From assembly GCA_000002435.2 (NCBI GenBank), contig CM018792.1: a DNA stretch of 64,000 nt, one strand, 5' to 3'. The notes under the pieces were generated by a model, which saw only the letters and a program-made list of their open reading frames with translations, did not search any database and was not told the DNA's origin. The translations under genes and the position numbers were made by a program. The DNA comes from Giardia intestinalis. Its lineage: Eukaryota. Of the stretch, positions 28,864 through 39,480 are shown one piece after another (the first letter of the stretch is position 1; every line of letters begins with the position of its first letter).

Positions 28864-29610
28864 CTACTCTACTTGTAGTTCAAGAATCCAAAAGGGATCT
28901 TCGTCCTCGCTGTCTCCGTTGAGAGCAAACCCCAGTTTAGTATATGCTATATACCCCGCTTCGTTGCGTTTAGAACAAGTCAAGCAGAGGGAAAACTTCT
29001 CGGGAGACATGACATTCTTCCCTAAGTCTATCAGACTCCATATGAGCATCTGCCCCAGTCCCTTTCGTTGATAACGAGCATCAATTTGGAGTTCCCAGAT
29101 GTAGAGCTGCCTTTTGCCGTTCTCTAATATCGGTCTAAACGCAAGAAATCCCAGCACACGATCTGATGGTGTGGTGTTGTCGTCCTCTGCAGACAAACGA
29201 GATGCAAGTAAAATATAACTGTGCCGGTGGATGATATTGTCTTTTGCCGTCTCTTCAGTATATATGTCATAGTGGCGGTCTTGCATATTCATACAAGAAA
29301 TCTTTATAAGCGTGTTCAGAAGCGCAATCTCGATAGCTTTAGATTCCAGAAGCTGGAGGGTCAAGGGCATAAGTGGAGGAGGCCTACTTTGGTTGATTTC
29401 AGCCAATGCATTGGCTGCCAATGCTCGTAGTTTTTGAGAGGCCTCGGGGATATATTTCATCGACTTGCACCAGCGCGATTGATCCAATAAATTAAAATGG
29501 CAGTTGCTACTGTGGATCTCCCGATGCCCCGTAGCCGCCTCTTTGGGATGAAGCGGACCACAGAGACTGCCCATCGGCCAATGAAGCGGCTGGAGTCCCA
29601 ACTTTGGCAA
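28864..29610 (-). CDS. GNAT-family N-acetyltransferase, Naa40-like
   Basis: YIWELQIDARYQRKGLGQMLI contains the acetyl-CoA binding motif A (Q/R..G.G). The surrounding ...GYIAYTKLGF... region is consistent with the GNAT fold. Confidence 0.65.
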   Translation of the reverse strand: MPKLGLQPLHWPMGSLCGPLHPKEAATGHREIHSSNCHFNLLDQSRWCKSMKYIPEASQKLRALAANALAEINQSRPPPLMPLTLQLLESKAIEIALLNTLIKISCMNMQDRHYDIYTEETAKDNIIHRHSYILLASRLSAEDDNTTPSDRVLGFLAFRPILENGKRQLYIWELQIDARYQRKGLGQMLIWSLIDLGKNVMSPEKFSLCLTCSKRNEAGYIAYTKLGFALNGDSEDEDPFWILELQVE

Positions 29611-29895
29611 CCGTTAAGATTAGCTACCCCCTATGATATTATCAGGACACCATCCCTCCAACTCATTCCGCCTTCATACAGAAATAAAGCTCGCAATAGA
29701 AGCTCCGATTTACTCTTCAGTTTAAACGACATAGAATGCATTCTCACGGAGATACGCGATCAGCTAGCGAGGGAGACCGCCGTTGAGTTTGAGCGCATAT
29801 ATCATGCTCGTATTAGCGAGAATGAGGCCCGTGTTAGGGAGTATATCTCTTCCTTGCTGAATGAGCAAGGGCAGCCGGTATCCTATATTCAATAA
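29581..29895 (+). CDS. possible small coiled-coil protein (about 100 aa from an internal Met); uncertain
   Basis: C-terminal half of ORF 29497..29895 (DIECILTEIRDQLARETAVEFERIYHARISENEARVREYISSLLNEQ) looks protein-like and fills the 326-bp gap between two minus-strand genes. The 5' end overlaps the GNAT gene. Confidence 0.25.
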   Translation: MKRLESQLWQPLRLATPYDIIRTPSLQLIPPSYRNKARNRSSDLLFSLNDIECILTEIRDQLARETAVEFERIYHARISENEARVREYISSLLNEQGQPVSYIQ

Positions 29896-29936
29896 TGCTT
29901 ATTAACTATGTAAATTAGTTTTATCTTATAATACCG

Positions 29937-31397
29937 TTAGCTCTGCTTCAGCGCCGCGTGCCCTGTATCCGCTATGTGCTTGAATAGCTTTGTTCGGGAC
30001 TCAAACCGCTGTTTGCAGATCTTACACTGATGTGAATTCTTTGAGCCCCCTTCACAAGCTTCCCCCTTCTCAATACTTTCGTCAGGGGTACCTTCCTGGA
30101 TTGCTCTGCGCCGTTTTCTTGGCTCAGTTCTTTCCACATTCTCAGAATTGATAGTAGCCTTCGTTGGTGCATCGGTAGCTGCACTTTCCTTCTGTGCATT
30201 GCGGTGCTTCTTACTTGTTAGATGAGACTTGAACTCTCCTTCCATTTGAAAGCGCTGATTGCATACCTTACAGAATAACTTGCCGGTGGCCTTATCGAAC
30301 GCAAGACCTTGGGCAATAAATTCCTTTGACAATGATCCAGGATAGTGGTGAGATTTGTTCGGGGAACCACCATTCATGGGAGTTTCCTTACGGTCTGTAA
30401 ATTCATCTGCTATCTTATCTGAGTGTAGGGGCTGAGTAGACGCCATGCTTTCAAGCTCCAGCATTTCGTGGGCGGTAATAGTCCCGTCGTTTACCTTTTC
30501 TGTTAGGATGGATATTCGTTTGGCGATCTGCTCCTTCAGTGCTTGCTTGCTCGCTATACGTTCCCTTTGGATCTGCTGTATCTTTGCCTCACGCTTCTGT
30601 TGTGCTTCGACGCTCTGACGGCGCTGCTTTTCTTGGTAAGCCTCTACCCGCGGGTCTCTACGCTTAAGGTATGCAGCCATGTCTCTTACACGAATGGAAA
30701 ACTGGAGCCTTGCCTCTTCACGGAACTTTTTGTTTTCTCCTTCTGCCAACCGTCTATACTTTGAATTCCCTTCAGTAGAATAGTAATTCTCGTGCAGAAA
30801 TTCTTTTACAGATTGAAAGCGACTCCAAAAACTGTAGAAGGAAGAGACCATAGCCTCTGACGCGTCAGAAGGACCAAATTGCGGGTAACTTTCTTCAGAG
30901 CTACGCCGCTGTAACATGGAAAGTTCATTGTCAGCGTAACTCTTAATTTCGATTCGACGCTTAGCAGCACGGAGCTCCTCGTCTGCAAGGGTCTTGAATA
31001 GCAATGCATAGACGGTGTAAAATCCCCGAGGAGAGTCATCGAACCCGTCGTAACAGCTTGAGGAACGAAAAGACGCTAGGTTCACGAAGGTATCAACGCC
31101 ATAGAACTCGTCTGCTTCTACGCCCCCAGAGAGTATCAACTCGCGATTACGCTCATAGTACGCCCGTTCTGTAGGATCACTTAAGGTTTTCCACGCCTCC
31201 TGCAAATATTTGAAGACAATTTCTGCACGCTCAGGGTTGTCTCTATTCTTGTCTGGATGTAACCTCATAGCCGCTTTATAGTAGGCCTTCTTAGCCTCCC
31301 CGTCGCCAGGCCACGTCTCTAGACCAAGGATCTTGTAGAAATCTATTTTCTTACCAGTGTCTGGATCCACTAGAGGATCGTCCACGGACGTGGCCAT
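29937..31397 (-). CDS. DnaJ (J-domain) protein with two C-terminal C2H2 zinc fingers, DNAJC21/Jjj1-like
   Basis: J domain DFYKILGL...AYYKAAMRLHPDKN (HPD motif). C2H2 fingers CKVCNQRFQMEGEFKSHLTSKKH and CKICKQRFESRTKLFKHIADTGH. Confidence 0.8.
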   Translation of the reverse strand: MATSVDDPLVDPDTGKKIDFYKILGLETWPGDGEAKKAYYKAAMRLHPDKNRDNPERAEIVFKYLQEAWKTLSDPTERAYYERNRELILSGGVEADEFYGVDTFVNLASFRSSSCYDGFDDSPRGFYTVYALLFKTLADEELRAAKRRIEIKSYADNELSMLQRRSSEESYPQFGPSDASEAMVSSFYSFWSRFQSVKEFLHENYYSTEGNSKYRRLAEGENKKFREEARLQFSIRVRDMAAYLKRRDPRVEAYQEKQRRQSVEAQQKREAKIQQIQRERIASKQALKEQIAKRISILTEKVNDGTITAHEMLELESMASTQPLHSDKIADEFTDRKETPMNGGSPNKSHHYPGSLSKEFIAQGLAFDKATGKLFCKVCNQRFQMEGEFKSHLTSKKHRNAQKESAATDAPTKATINSENVERTEPRKRRRAIQEGTPDESIEKGEACEGGSKNSHQCKICKQRFESRTKLFKHIADTGHAALKQS

Positions 31398-31508
31398 CTT
31401 TATATTTATTTAATTCTCGAAAGCAGATTGTAGTAGTTAGACTAAGCTTACTGGTTGAATCAACTGCATAGTGCTTCTTGCGTCTATCGCTAAGGGCAAC
31501 AATATTTT

Positions 31509-31886
31509 ATGGGCGTGCATAACAAAGATATTTCAAAAATGAAGCAAGTTCTGCCCAATTGTGTTAACTATTACATGGTTATTGCACTCAAAGATAGCAC
31601 GACCATCCAGGGAGTTCTCAGAAACGTTGACGTGCAAATGAATATGGTCCTGTCAGACGTCACTATGATCGACACAGAAAGCAAGTCATCACACTATCCC
31701 ACATACAGCCTTCAGGGATCCCTTATCTCCTCAATTAGAATTCCAGACCGTGCAATCAAGGAAGCTGCCAGCATTGCTGCATCTCAGAGCATGAACTCGT
31801 CGTCTGTCACCAACTCTCAGGGATTACCAACTTCGCAAGTCTTAAGGGGACCAAAAGGTGACTATATAGATGTGATGGATCTTTGA
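31509..31886 (+). CDS. Sm/LSm-family protein
   Basis: Sm1-like IQGVLRNVDVQMNMVLSDV and Sm2-like LQGSLISSIRIP. 125 aa with C-terminal extension. Confidence 0.6.
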   Translation: MGVHNKDISKMKQVLPNCVNYYMVIALKDSTTIQGVLRNVDVQMNMVLSDVTMIDTESKSSHYPTYSLQGSLISSIRIPDRAIKEAASIAASQSMNSSSVTNSQGLPTSQVLRGPKGDYIDVMDL

Positions 31887-32009
31887 GCAGCTTGTAAACC
31901 ACTGAAACCTGCGTGAGCTCTGTATTGTAAGAGAGAAGCACCAGTCTGCTTTTCCCGAATTAATGGATCTTCAGAATCTTGCTTGCCTTTGATTTTGTTT
32001 TAGAGATAT

Positions 32010-33584
32010 TCACCCCGTGTTAAGATAAGATAAGATCTTGCTGCAACGCTTGCATGAACAAAGTGGGATGTTGTGGGTTGCGAGAGTGTCTATATAGTGC
32101 TCGTAACCACTCTCATCCGGTTCTGTCTCTACGTATGAAATGGTGAGCTCATCCCCTGGCATTGTATTTCTGATACATATAAGGGAGAAAAACGTGCCCC
32201 CAGTTGGTGACTTTACCATTGTGCGCCGGAAGTTCGGTGTGCATGAATGCCTAACAAAGGAATGATAGTAACTGAGATTGAATGCACCATAAGCTGCTCG
32301 ATCCGATAACCTATCAGCTTCATCTTTGAATACCTGAGCAAACCCATTCATTAGAACTCCACTGAGTACGTAATATAACGTGCTTGGACGCAGATACGGC
32401 CATACCTTGAGCAGCCCAGCCGTTGGACCTAGAAAGAGTGCAATAAAGGTGGGAAATCCTATCATGTCAATGCCAGTATGCTCCTTGAGTGGTGATCCAT
32501 ATGCTTTATGATACCACTCGTAGTTTGCAGTGGTGTCCCTATTTAGAAGAAATAGCTCTGGTGCAGTTTTCCACAGTGTAGCGGGGAGAACGTCTTTAGC
32601 GATTGATATCTTGTCTGTTAGAATAGCCAGAATGTGCAGAATGATCATGGACGCATCAAAGAACGTACTCCAGATGTTACGTTCCAGAGAAAACCGAGAG
32701 AATATGCTAGCAAAGCTATGCACCGCTGTGTCTGTGATAAATCGGCAGAATATTTCATGAGAGTGATAGTGTAAGTCATATTCTCTACACGCAATGGTAC
32801 AGTATACCACCCCGCACTCAGGGCATCGAATGGGGTCAGCAATAGCTTCAACCGCTTCCCCACAGCAGTTGCACACGGCTGCAAGAGGGTTAACCATGCC
32901 TATAGCAGTCATATCCGTGGGACCCTCGAAGATGGAGTCTCCAACCGAAAATGCTTTCAAGCAAATGAGTTTGCGCGTAGACTCGGTGGCAACCAGGCCA
33001 ACTGTCTCGGATGTTTCCTTGCGAATCACCTCGTCCATGTACAACACAGCATCCTGTGTATATATTCCTGGGGCGATATTCTTAACAGATGGATGCACAG
33101 CAACAACAAGGTCTAAAAGGTCGGGAATGTAGTTGGCATCGTAAATTTTGCTGTGAATGACACGGATGAACGGAAGGAAGAGCTGCTTCATGTTGGGTGG
33201 TACTGCCAGATCACTCCTTACAACGTAGTCGAAGAGGGACGTTTTACCTGTTAGTCGGTAATGTGCCAAAGCGAAGTAAATGGCATCTAGGACGTATAGA
33301 TTTAAACAGGGAGACGGCGGGAGCTCCAGGCCGCTCAGAAACAAGTTCAGGCGAACGATTAGTTTTAGAAGTGTCGCCTGGTAGTCCGAGTCATCCGTTC
33401 GTGTGAGGTCTGTATAGGCAATTGTAAGGTATCGCCAGATAACAGAAATATGGTATCGAGAGTAGTCTTTATTGACAAAGTCCTTTAGGGCTGTATTGTG
33501 ACTCACTGTGCTGCGAAAGGACTGGAAAGAAAATGTAGCAGGTGCATTAATAATAAAGTCCAAGAGAGAAAAAGTGGCTTCCAT
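32010..33584 (-). CDS. SET and MYND domain protein (SMYD-like lysine methyltransferase)
   Basis: MYND finger CNCCGEAVEAIADPIRCPECGVVYCTIACREYDLHYHSHEIFC. SET C-terminal signatures FVRHSCTPNF and GDELTISY. Confidence 0.8.
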   Translation of the reverse strand: MEATFSLLDFIINAPATFSFQSFRSTVSHNTALKDFVNKDYSRYHISVIWRYLTIAYTDLTRTDDSDYQATLLKLIVRLNLFLSGLELPPSPCLNLYVLDAIYFALAHYRLTGKTSLFDYVVRSDLAVPPNMKQLFLPFIRVIHSKIYDANYIPDLLDLVVAVHPSVKNIAPGIYTQDAVLYMDEVIRKETSETVGLVATESTRKLICLKAFSVGDSIFEGPTDMTAIGMVNPLAAVCNCCGEAVEAIADPIRCPECGVVYCTIACREYDLHYHSHEIFCRFITDTAVHSFASIFSRFSLERNIWSTFFDASMIILHILAILTDKISIAKDVLPATLWKTAPELFLLNRDTTANYEWYHKAYGSPLKEHTGIDMIGFPTFIALFLGPTAGLLKVWPYLRPSTLYYVLSGVLMNGFAQVFKDEADRLSDRAAYGAFNLSYYHSFVRHSCTPNFRRTMVKSPTGGTFFSLICIRNTMPGDELTISYVETEPDESGYEHYIDTLATHNIPLCSCKRCSKILSYLNTG

Positions 33585-33595
33585 TTAAATATTTA
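33585..33595. promoter_or_regulatory. 11-nt AT-rich bidirectional promoter TTAAATATTTA between SMYD and XRN1 start codons
   Basis: Start codons at 33584 (minus) and 33596 (plus) separated only by this near-palindromic AT tract. Confidence 0.45.
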
Positions 33596-36500
33596 ATGGG
33601 TGTCGCGCGCCTGTTTCGCTGGATATACGAGAGATATCCGCTTGCTGTGACTACTCCCGGAGCCTCTTTTGTGTCCCGCATCGATAACTTGTACATAGAC
33701 TTCAATGCACTCATCCACGAAAGCATAAGAAAAGATTCTTACATTCCTTTTACGTTTACTGAAGCTATGATTTTTGGAGAGATCGCAGACTATATTCAGG
33801 TTTTGGTATCCACTGCACAGCCGCGTAAACGCATTTTTATCGCAACCGACGGGGTGGCACCTGATGCAAAAGCAAAACAGCAGCGAACCAGGCGTTACAT
33901 GGGCGCCTATGAAAAGATTGGGACAAAAATCTATAGAGATAGTATTGCAGGTACCGCTACTGTTTTGTCCGAGGCTGAACTCCTCACCAGTCAGCATATA
34001 GCAAATGGGAACGATGACGACCAGACTCTACCCCCTCAAAACGTTAAGGCAGCTATTTCTCCGGGCACATTATTCATGGACAGGTTACACTCATTTCTGA
34101 TAGCATTTGTAGCCAAAAATGTTGACAGTGAAGCGCCTGGCTGGGTGCAGCCTTCAGTGACGATTTCGGGATGGGACATGTGTGGCGAAGGGGAGCATAA
34201 GATTATGGCAGAAATCAGACGTCTCAGGCAGCTAGAAGAGTTGGCTGCCAGTAGAGCAGATTGCTCTGAGACGTCCTTTTCAGAGTTCTTCCCTCACCAT
34301 GAGAGCCACTGCATCTGTGGCTTGGATGCAGATATTGTGCTCTTGGGGCTAGGTCTTCATGTACACAACGTCTATGTGCTTCGTCTTTGGCAACCGCCAT
34401 TTGTTGCTGATACAGTGGACATACTAGAGTCTAAACGGCACCCTACTGATAGGGAACTCATAGTTGTCGATCTATCTTGTTTTCGGGAATGCATTGTAGC
34501 AGAACTTATTAGTAATCGGTTCCATAATCCAAAGCTTCTCCATGCTCTCTGTCATCAGTCGTTTCCACATACATACATGCAGCGCTTAAAAAACTGCTAT
34601 CCAAGGCTATCTAGGGAGATGAATGACAGTGGCATGCTTTCCCGAATGTCTCTTAATGTTCTTCAAGAAGCGTTTATTTGGTCTCCGTTGGCATCCGCCC
34701 TGATAGTAGACTTCATCATCCTCACCCTATTCGTGGGTAACGACTTCTTGCCAGAGGTGCCTGGGATGCTTGTAAAGAATAACTCCCTAGATAATTGCAT
34801 AGCTATTTATAGAGAGTTGCTAGCAGATACTTGCTTGCTCGATGAGCTTTGCAAAAATATCAAGAATATGTGTCAGGATAGATCTACTGACAAGGACTTT
34901 ATCCACCCTTCGTTTTTGATCACCGAAGAAGGTAAGCTTCGCTTTGATAAGATACAGATGCTTTATTCACGAATTTCGCAACAGACAGTTATAAACAGCA
35001 TGGTTGATGATGTGATCGCCCTTTTCAATCTTCAGTTGCAGGTAGAAAAGTCGGCAGACGCTAGAAGATTAAGTGATGACTGGATGGACACGGTTACAAG
35101 AGAGTGTTCAGAGGTGGTTAACTATTTAGATATCAAGGTCCCAGAATCAGATCCAGATAAAAAGCTTATTAAGAAGGCGGTTACATTGGCAATGAAAAAG
35201 AAATCGACCATCTTTTTCTATTACTATAAGAAGTACTCACAGAAATTCAACGCGCTCTACTCTCCACTAATCGAGAAGACCCTAACCCAGAAGCAGCTGA
35301 ACAGTAGACCTCCACGGATAGAAGCTGTCACTGACCTTTTTCAGGAGCTGGAGTGTATCAAGACTATATCTTCAAGTGAGGGTCGTATCAAGATAATTTC
35401 TAGCTGTCTCTTTGATCATAAAGGCACGGGATTTAACATCATTAAAGTAGCGCTTCTCATCCTGGATATGTGCAGCAATTTTCGTGAAAAGGAGCGAGCT
35501 GCTTCTAGCTCAAGTTACTCCGATGTAATGGTGCTAGATGCCATAGGGGTTTTGGATGACATTATTTCAAAGACACCACTGCTTACGCGCCTGAGACCGT
35601 ATCATGATCTGGTGCGTTCATACCTACGCACAACCGTAATGGTAATTAAGTATTATATGTCCTTCAAGGGAAATCCAGAGTGGTCTTGGTTTTTCTCATA
35701 TCCATTTAGTCCGTTAATAAGTGACCTAGCTCTCTATACGGCTTGTACTGGTAGCGGTGTTAGTGGTTCTTTAACATTTTCGCAGGAATTAGCCGACTTT
35801 ACATCTGAGCCCCTCTGCATCAGTTCTGATATCTCTGAAGCCAGCTATGACCGTCTGTCTAAGATTTTACAGACTTATACTGGGCCTGAGTTTTCTTTTC
35901 TGAATGATCGCCCAAAAACAGCTCTTACTCAACTATGTTCAGTCATTTCTCCGGAACATTTGAGCACGTTTCTTTACAAGCATGTCGTTACCCAGAGGCT
36001 TATGGATTTTTATAAGAACATCCCGAACTGGGATGACATATTTATTTTAAATGAAACATCATCTTTTGAATCCTTTTACTTCAAGATTAACTTGCGGCGC
36101 CCAACACCGTATTTTGTTGAAAGAAAGTGGTTCAATCAAAGCGTTCAATATGGAGATGGGTTTGAAAAGTTGTTTTCAGCATATTATAAGGACTATCCAC
36201 TGGGGATTTCGGAGTTTTTCCCCCTAAAGGAAATTTATAACTATACCAGTAACATTAACAACCTTCTCCCCAAGGACTCTCTCATTGCTTCATCATCTAC
36301 TACCAGGCATGCTCCAATTAGCTCTACAAAACAGTACGAGGCTCTGTCACACATGATACGCACAGGATGCGAAATACATATTTTCAGGAGTCTGCCTAGC
36401 GATTCACTCCTCCACAAAACGCTGACCAGTGCATTGGAGGCAAATAGCTGCTACTTGTTTTGTCAGCCCGGCCAGACACTTGGATTAAACAGATCCCGGT

Positions 36501-39466
36501 TCGGCGCTGATTACGAGCTCTTTTATATACCTGAGCTTTCAGTGGCGTTACAAAGCGAGTACTTGCGTAGCTATTCTCCAGAAACTTGCACTGGATCTTA
36601 TACTTCCTTAGGTGTCTGGCTTGCACGCTACAACAAGGATTTGAAATTGATTTCTGAGCAACCAGATGAACAATATGAGATACGCCTCCACAAAGCAACG
36701 ATCTGGTTCACACAGCAGCAAGATGAGCTAAAGCCACAATTCAACATTGACTATGTAGATATTTTAGATCGCACCAGTAGAGCGGACGCTTATTCAACGC
36801 ATCTCTACCTTTCTGCCGGGGGAAAGGGGGCGCGGACTTCTTCTGAAATCCTACGGACAATAACGGTTGGAAGAACGCCATTTCCTATTAGATATACGGG
36901 ACTGCGAATTTACACCTCTGCGATTTCAGATGTTGACTTTAGCGATAGGGGTATGGGTTTTATTATTTGCAATTCTCAGACATATAAATCTCAAACACTC
37001 TGTCTCTACCCATCTTTTGATCAGCACATTGATCAGCAGCATTTTGCCTCATACTACCGCCATCAAGAAGACATCTATCAATGCTGGCTTAATTTGAACG
37101 TTTTCAATGAAAAAGTACATGACTCACTTGACGTTAACCCTGATCTGTCTTCCTCACGGGAGCTGGAATTCTTGTCCAGCCGCACTGGTGCAAGTGTTAC
37201 CAAACTCATTTGTGGCTCACCTGCACTGACATACGGAAACTCGCAAGTCGGCATCCTTTATGGCATTCTAATCGATGGTTGCATTTACCTTAGAAAAAAT
37301 CTGTGTGGAGGCTTTGTAGATTGTACAGAACACTTTGTGGATATCATTGCCAACCAATTCTTCAGCCAAACAGGACCACAAGAGCTTTTGGGAGACTGGT
37401 TCCGATCCTATTGGACGCTCAACAAAGGAGTGATGGTTGATGTTCCTTCGGCTGGAATAGCCATAGTAGCGCCTCTCAACACTCTTACTTCGATAGATGG
37501 CAGCCCTATAGAGATGTTAACCGTACACAGCGAATTGCATGGAGGCATAAGCATGGCAATTCAGCGCTTACGCGAGATTCTTCTCAATAGAGAGTACTCG
37601 CCCATGGGCTCAGTGAGTAAGTATTCTAATGTGGTACCTAGTGCCTCTCTTTCTATAATACCTGTTGCTTTAACCATGTTCCATGACCGTATTCAACGAT
37701 CAAGGATCCTGAGCGCGCTTTGTCCGTTCTTGGGGTTGCCAATGACGATCAAGGCGGTAGAAGATTTTGCTGCATACCTGTCGAGGCGCACTCACTTTCA
37801 CGTTGGGATTGAAGGAGCTAATAAGGCCGTTACTACACAGTACACAATATCAGAACGTGATGTTCTTGCATTACTGCGTCCTCACATTACCGAGAGCGTC
37901 CCGTTTATTTTGCCGCCTCAGCGGCTTAAAGACTTATTGGTGGAAAAAAGCCTCCCTCTAACCTCTGTGTCTGCGAGAGTTGTTGAGTACTCTTCACTGG
38001 AAGATAGGTCTATTACCCAGCCGTTGGTTTCACTGGATATGTTAGCTCTTCTGTGCCCATGTGTTAACTACTTAGATATCCTTGAGCATGAATTGAGCGT
38101 AACTGTCACACAGGAGTACTTTGAGTTCCTTGTCTCCAGAATAGATATGGAAGGATCGGATAAGCTGTTTAGAAACATCGGGCTGACTGTCAAGGGATCT
38201 AATTGGTATACGCCTGGATACTTTGTCTTATACGAAGGTGAATTGTGGCCAACGTATTTCACTATCTATACTATACTCTTGTATAAGTTTGCTCTTCCTT
38301 TTTCAACAAAAGCCTTGAAGTATGTCATGGATAATGATGGAAGGAAATGCTCACTATTACCTACAACGAAACATATTTCACCGTACTATAGATATATAAT
38401 GGATAAGAACTCACCTGAAAAATTCCTAATCAATAATGTACCTGTCACTCCTCAGACCAGACGCGCAATTTATATATCTGATCCCCGACTAATTCCTGTG
38501 ATAAATTTGGGACCTCTCTTTCCCAAAAACAACAGGAAACATTGTTTCCCGTATCTAAACGGTCTCGACCATCTCCTCAGTAACATGAGCTACTACATCC
38601 ACGGCATTCTGGTCCCGTTACTCTATAGACAAAAGGTGCCATCGAATGTATCTGTTCTCCCCCATCCGTTTGTGTCCATGGCGCATAAACAACTAGCCAC
38701 GTTTTCAGTTAGTGGGAAAGGAACAGTTCTTACAAAACAACCTCTTACATTACAGACACTTCTACAAAACGATACGTCTGGAAAGCTACCAAAAATAACG
38801 GTAGGGTCTCTTGTGCTGCTCAATAACAGGTCTGTTTCAGTGCCTGGTGCATGGGCAGGAAGTGGACAGGTAGGGCTTGTGTTGCGTAATGACAGATTGG
38901 AGACTCTCATACTCGTTAGCGGGACAACGTCATCTACATGCGGGCTTGTGTCTGAAACCAGCAACCTTATACGCATCTCTCCCACCTATGATATTAATAG
39001 AATTTGCTTGAAGTTAGCCAGTTCCGACTCCTCTCTGAATCCTTGTGTGGACACACTAGCATACCTGGATGGCTCCCATGTACTGTCCATTTTTAGAGCA
39101 CAGTGTAGTGCACACCACAAGGCTTCCTTTGCAAATAGTGTGCCAAAGCATTTGAATTTACGGCCTCTATCTGCTAAGCTTTCTCCAGTGAGTTGGTGTG
39201 GTACCTCATTACTAGAGGGTCTATTTCTACGGTATGATAATAACATCAAGCTTATTAGCTGCAGTCGTGCTACAACACGTATAATCATGTCTATAGCCAT
39301 GTCATCGCCCCCTGACTCTAGCCACGTGCCCTCATTTACAAATGTTCCGATGCATGCAACATGGAATCCGAAAAATTGTCCGAACGAGAAGCATGCACAA
39401 GGCAAATCTGAACCTGAGAGGCCAATCAAGCATATTGCTCTCACTATTCCGAGCAAAGGCAAGTAG
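33596..39466 (+). CDS. XRN1-like 5'-3' exoribonuclease (1956 aa)
   Basis: N-terminus MGVARLFRWIYERYP...NLYIDFNALIHE matches the XRN signature MGVPKFFRWLSERYP...NLYLDMNGIIH. Length fits XRN1. Confidence 0.85.
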   Translation: MGVARLFRWIYERYPLAVTTPGASFVSRIDNLYIDFNALIHESIRKDSYIPFTFTEAMIFGEIADYIQVLVSTAQPRKRIFIATDGVAPDAKAKQQRTRRYMGAYEKIGTKIYRDSIAGTATVLSEAELLTSQHIANGNDDDQTLPPQNVKAAISPGTLFMDRLHSFLIAFVAKNVDSEAPGWVQPSVTISGWDMCGEGEHKIMAEIRRLRQLEELAASRADCSETSFSEFFPHHESHCICGLDADIVLLGLGLHVHNVYVLRLWQPPFVADTVDILESKRHPTDRELIVVDLSCFRECIVAELISNRFHNPKLLHALCHQSFPHTYMQRLKNCYPRLSREMNDSGMLSRMSLNVLQEAFIWSPLASALIVDFIILTLFVGNDFLPEVPGMLVKNNSLDNCIAIYRELLADTCLLDELCKNIKNMCQDRSTDKDFIHPSFLITEEGKLRFDKIQMLYSRISQQTVINSMVDDVIALFNLQLQVEKSADARRLSDDWMDTVTRECSEVVNYLDIKVPESDPDKKLIKKAVTLAMKKKSTIFFYYYKKYSQKFNALYSPLIEKTLTQKQLNSRPPRIEAVTDLFQELECIKTISSSEGRIKIISSCLFDHKGTGFNIIKVALLILDMCSNFREKERAASSSSYSDVMVLDAIGVLDDIISKTPLLTRLRPYHDLVRSYLRTTVMVIKYYMSFKGNPEWSWFFSYPFSPLISDLALYTACTGSGVSGSLTFSQELADFTSEPLCISSDISEASYDRLSKILQTYTGPEFSFLNDRPKTALTQLCSVISPEHLSTFLYKHVVTQRLMDFYKNIPNWDDIFILNETSSFESFYFKINLRRPTPYFVERKWFNQSVQYGDGFEKLFSAYYKDYPLGISEFFPLKEIYNYTSNINNLLPKDSLIASSSTTRHAPISSTKQYEALSHMIRTGCEIHIFRSLPSDSLLHKTLTSALEANSCYLFCQPGQTLGLNRSRFGADYELFYIPELSVALQSEYLRSYSPETCTGSYTSLGVWLARYNKDLKLISEQPDEQYEIRLHKATIWFTQQQDELKPQFNIDYVDILDRTSRADAYSTHLYLSAGGKGARTSSEILRTITVGRTPFPIRYTGLRIYTSAISDVDFSDRGMGFIICNSQTYKSQTLCLYPSFDQHIDQQHFASYYRHQEDIYQCWLNLNVFNEKVHDSLDVNPDLSSSRELEFLSSRTGASVTKLICGSPALTYGNSQVGILYGILIDGCIYLRKNLCGGFVDCTEHFVDIIANQFFSQTGPQELLGDWFRSYWTLNKGVMVDVPSAGIAIVAPLNTLTSIDGSPIEMLTVHSELHGGISMAIQRLREILLNREYSPMGSVSKYSNVVPSASLSIIPVALTMFHDRIQRSRILSALCPFLGLPMTIKAVEDFAAYLSRRTHFHVGIEGANKAVTTQYTISERDVLALLRPHITESVPFILPPQRLKDLLVEKSLPLTSVSARVVEYSSLEDRSITQPLVSLDMLALLCPCVNYLDILEHELSVTVTQEYFEFLVSRIDMEGSDKLFRNIGLTVKGSNWYTPGYFVLYEGELWPTYFTIYTILLYKFALPFSTKALKYVMDNDGRKCSLLPTTKHISPYYRYIMDKNSPEKFLINNVPVTPQTRRAIYISDPRLIPVINLGPLFPKNNRKHCFPYLNGLDHLLSNMSYYIHGILVPLLYRQKVPSNVSVLPHPFVSMAHKQLATFSVSGKGTVLTKQPLTLQTLLQNDTSGKLPKITVGSLVLLNNRSVSVPGAWAGSGQVGLVLRNDRLETLILVSGTTSSTCGLVSETSNLIRISPTYDINRICLKLASSDSSLNPCVDTLAYLDGSHVLSIFRAQCSAHHKASFANSVPKHLNLRPLSAKLSPVSWCGTSLLEGLFLRYDNNIKLISCSRATTRIIMSIAMSSPPDSSHVPSFTNVPMHATWNPKNCPNEKHAQGKSEPERPIKHIALTIPSKGK

Positions 39467-39480
39467 GTGACATTAGTTAG

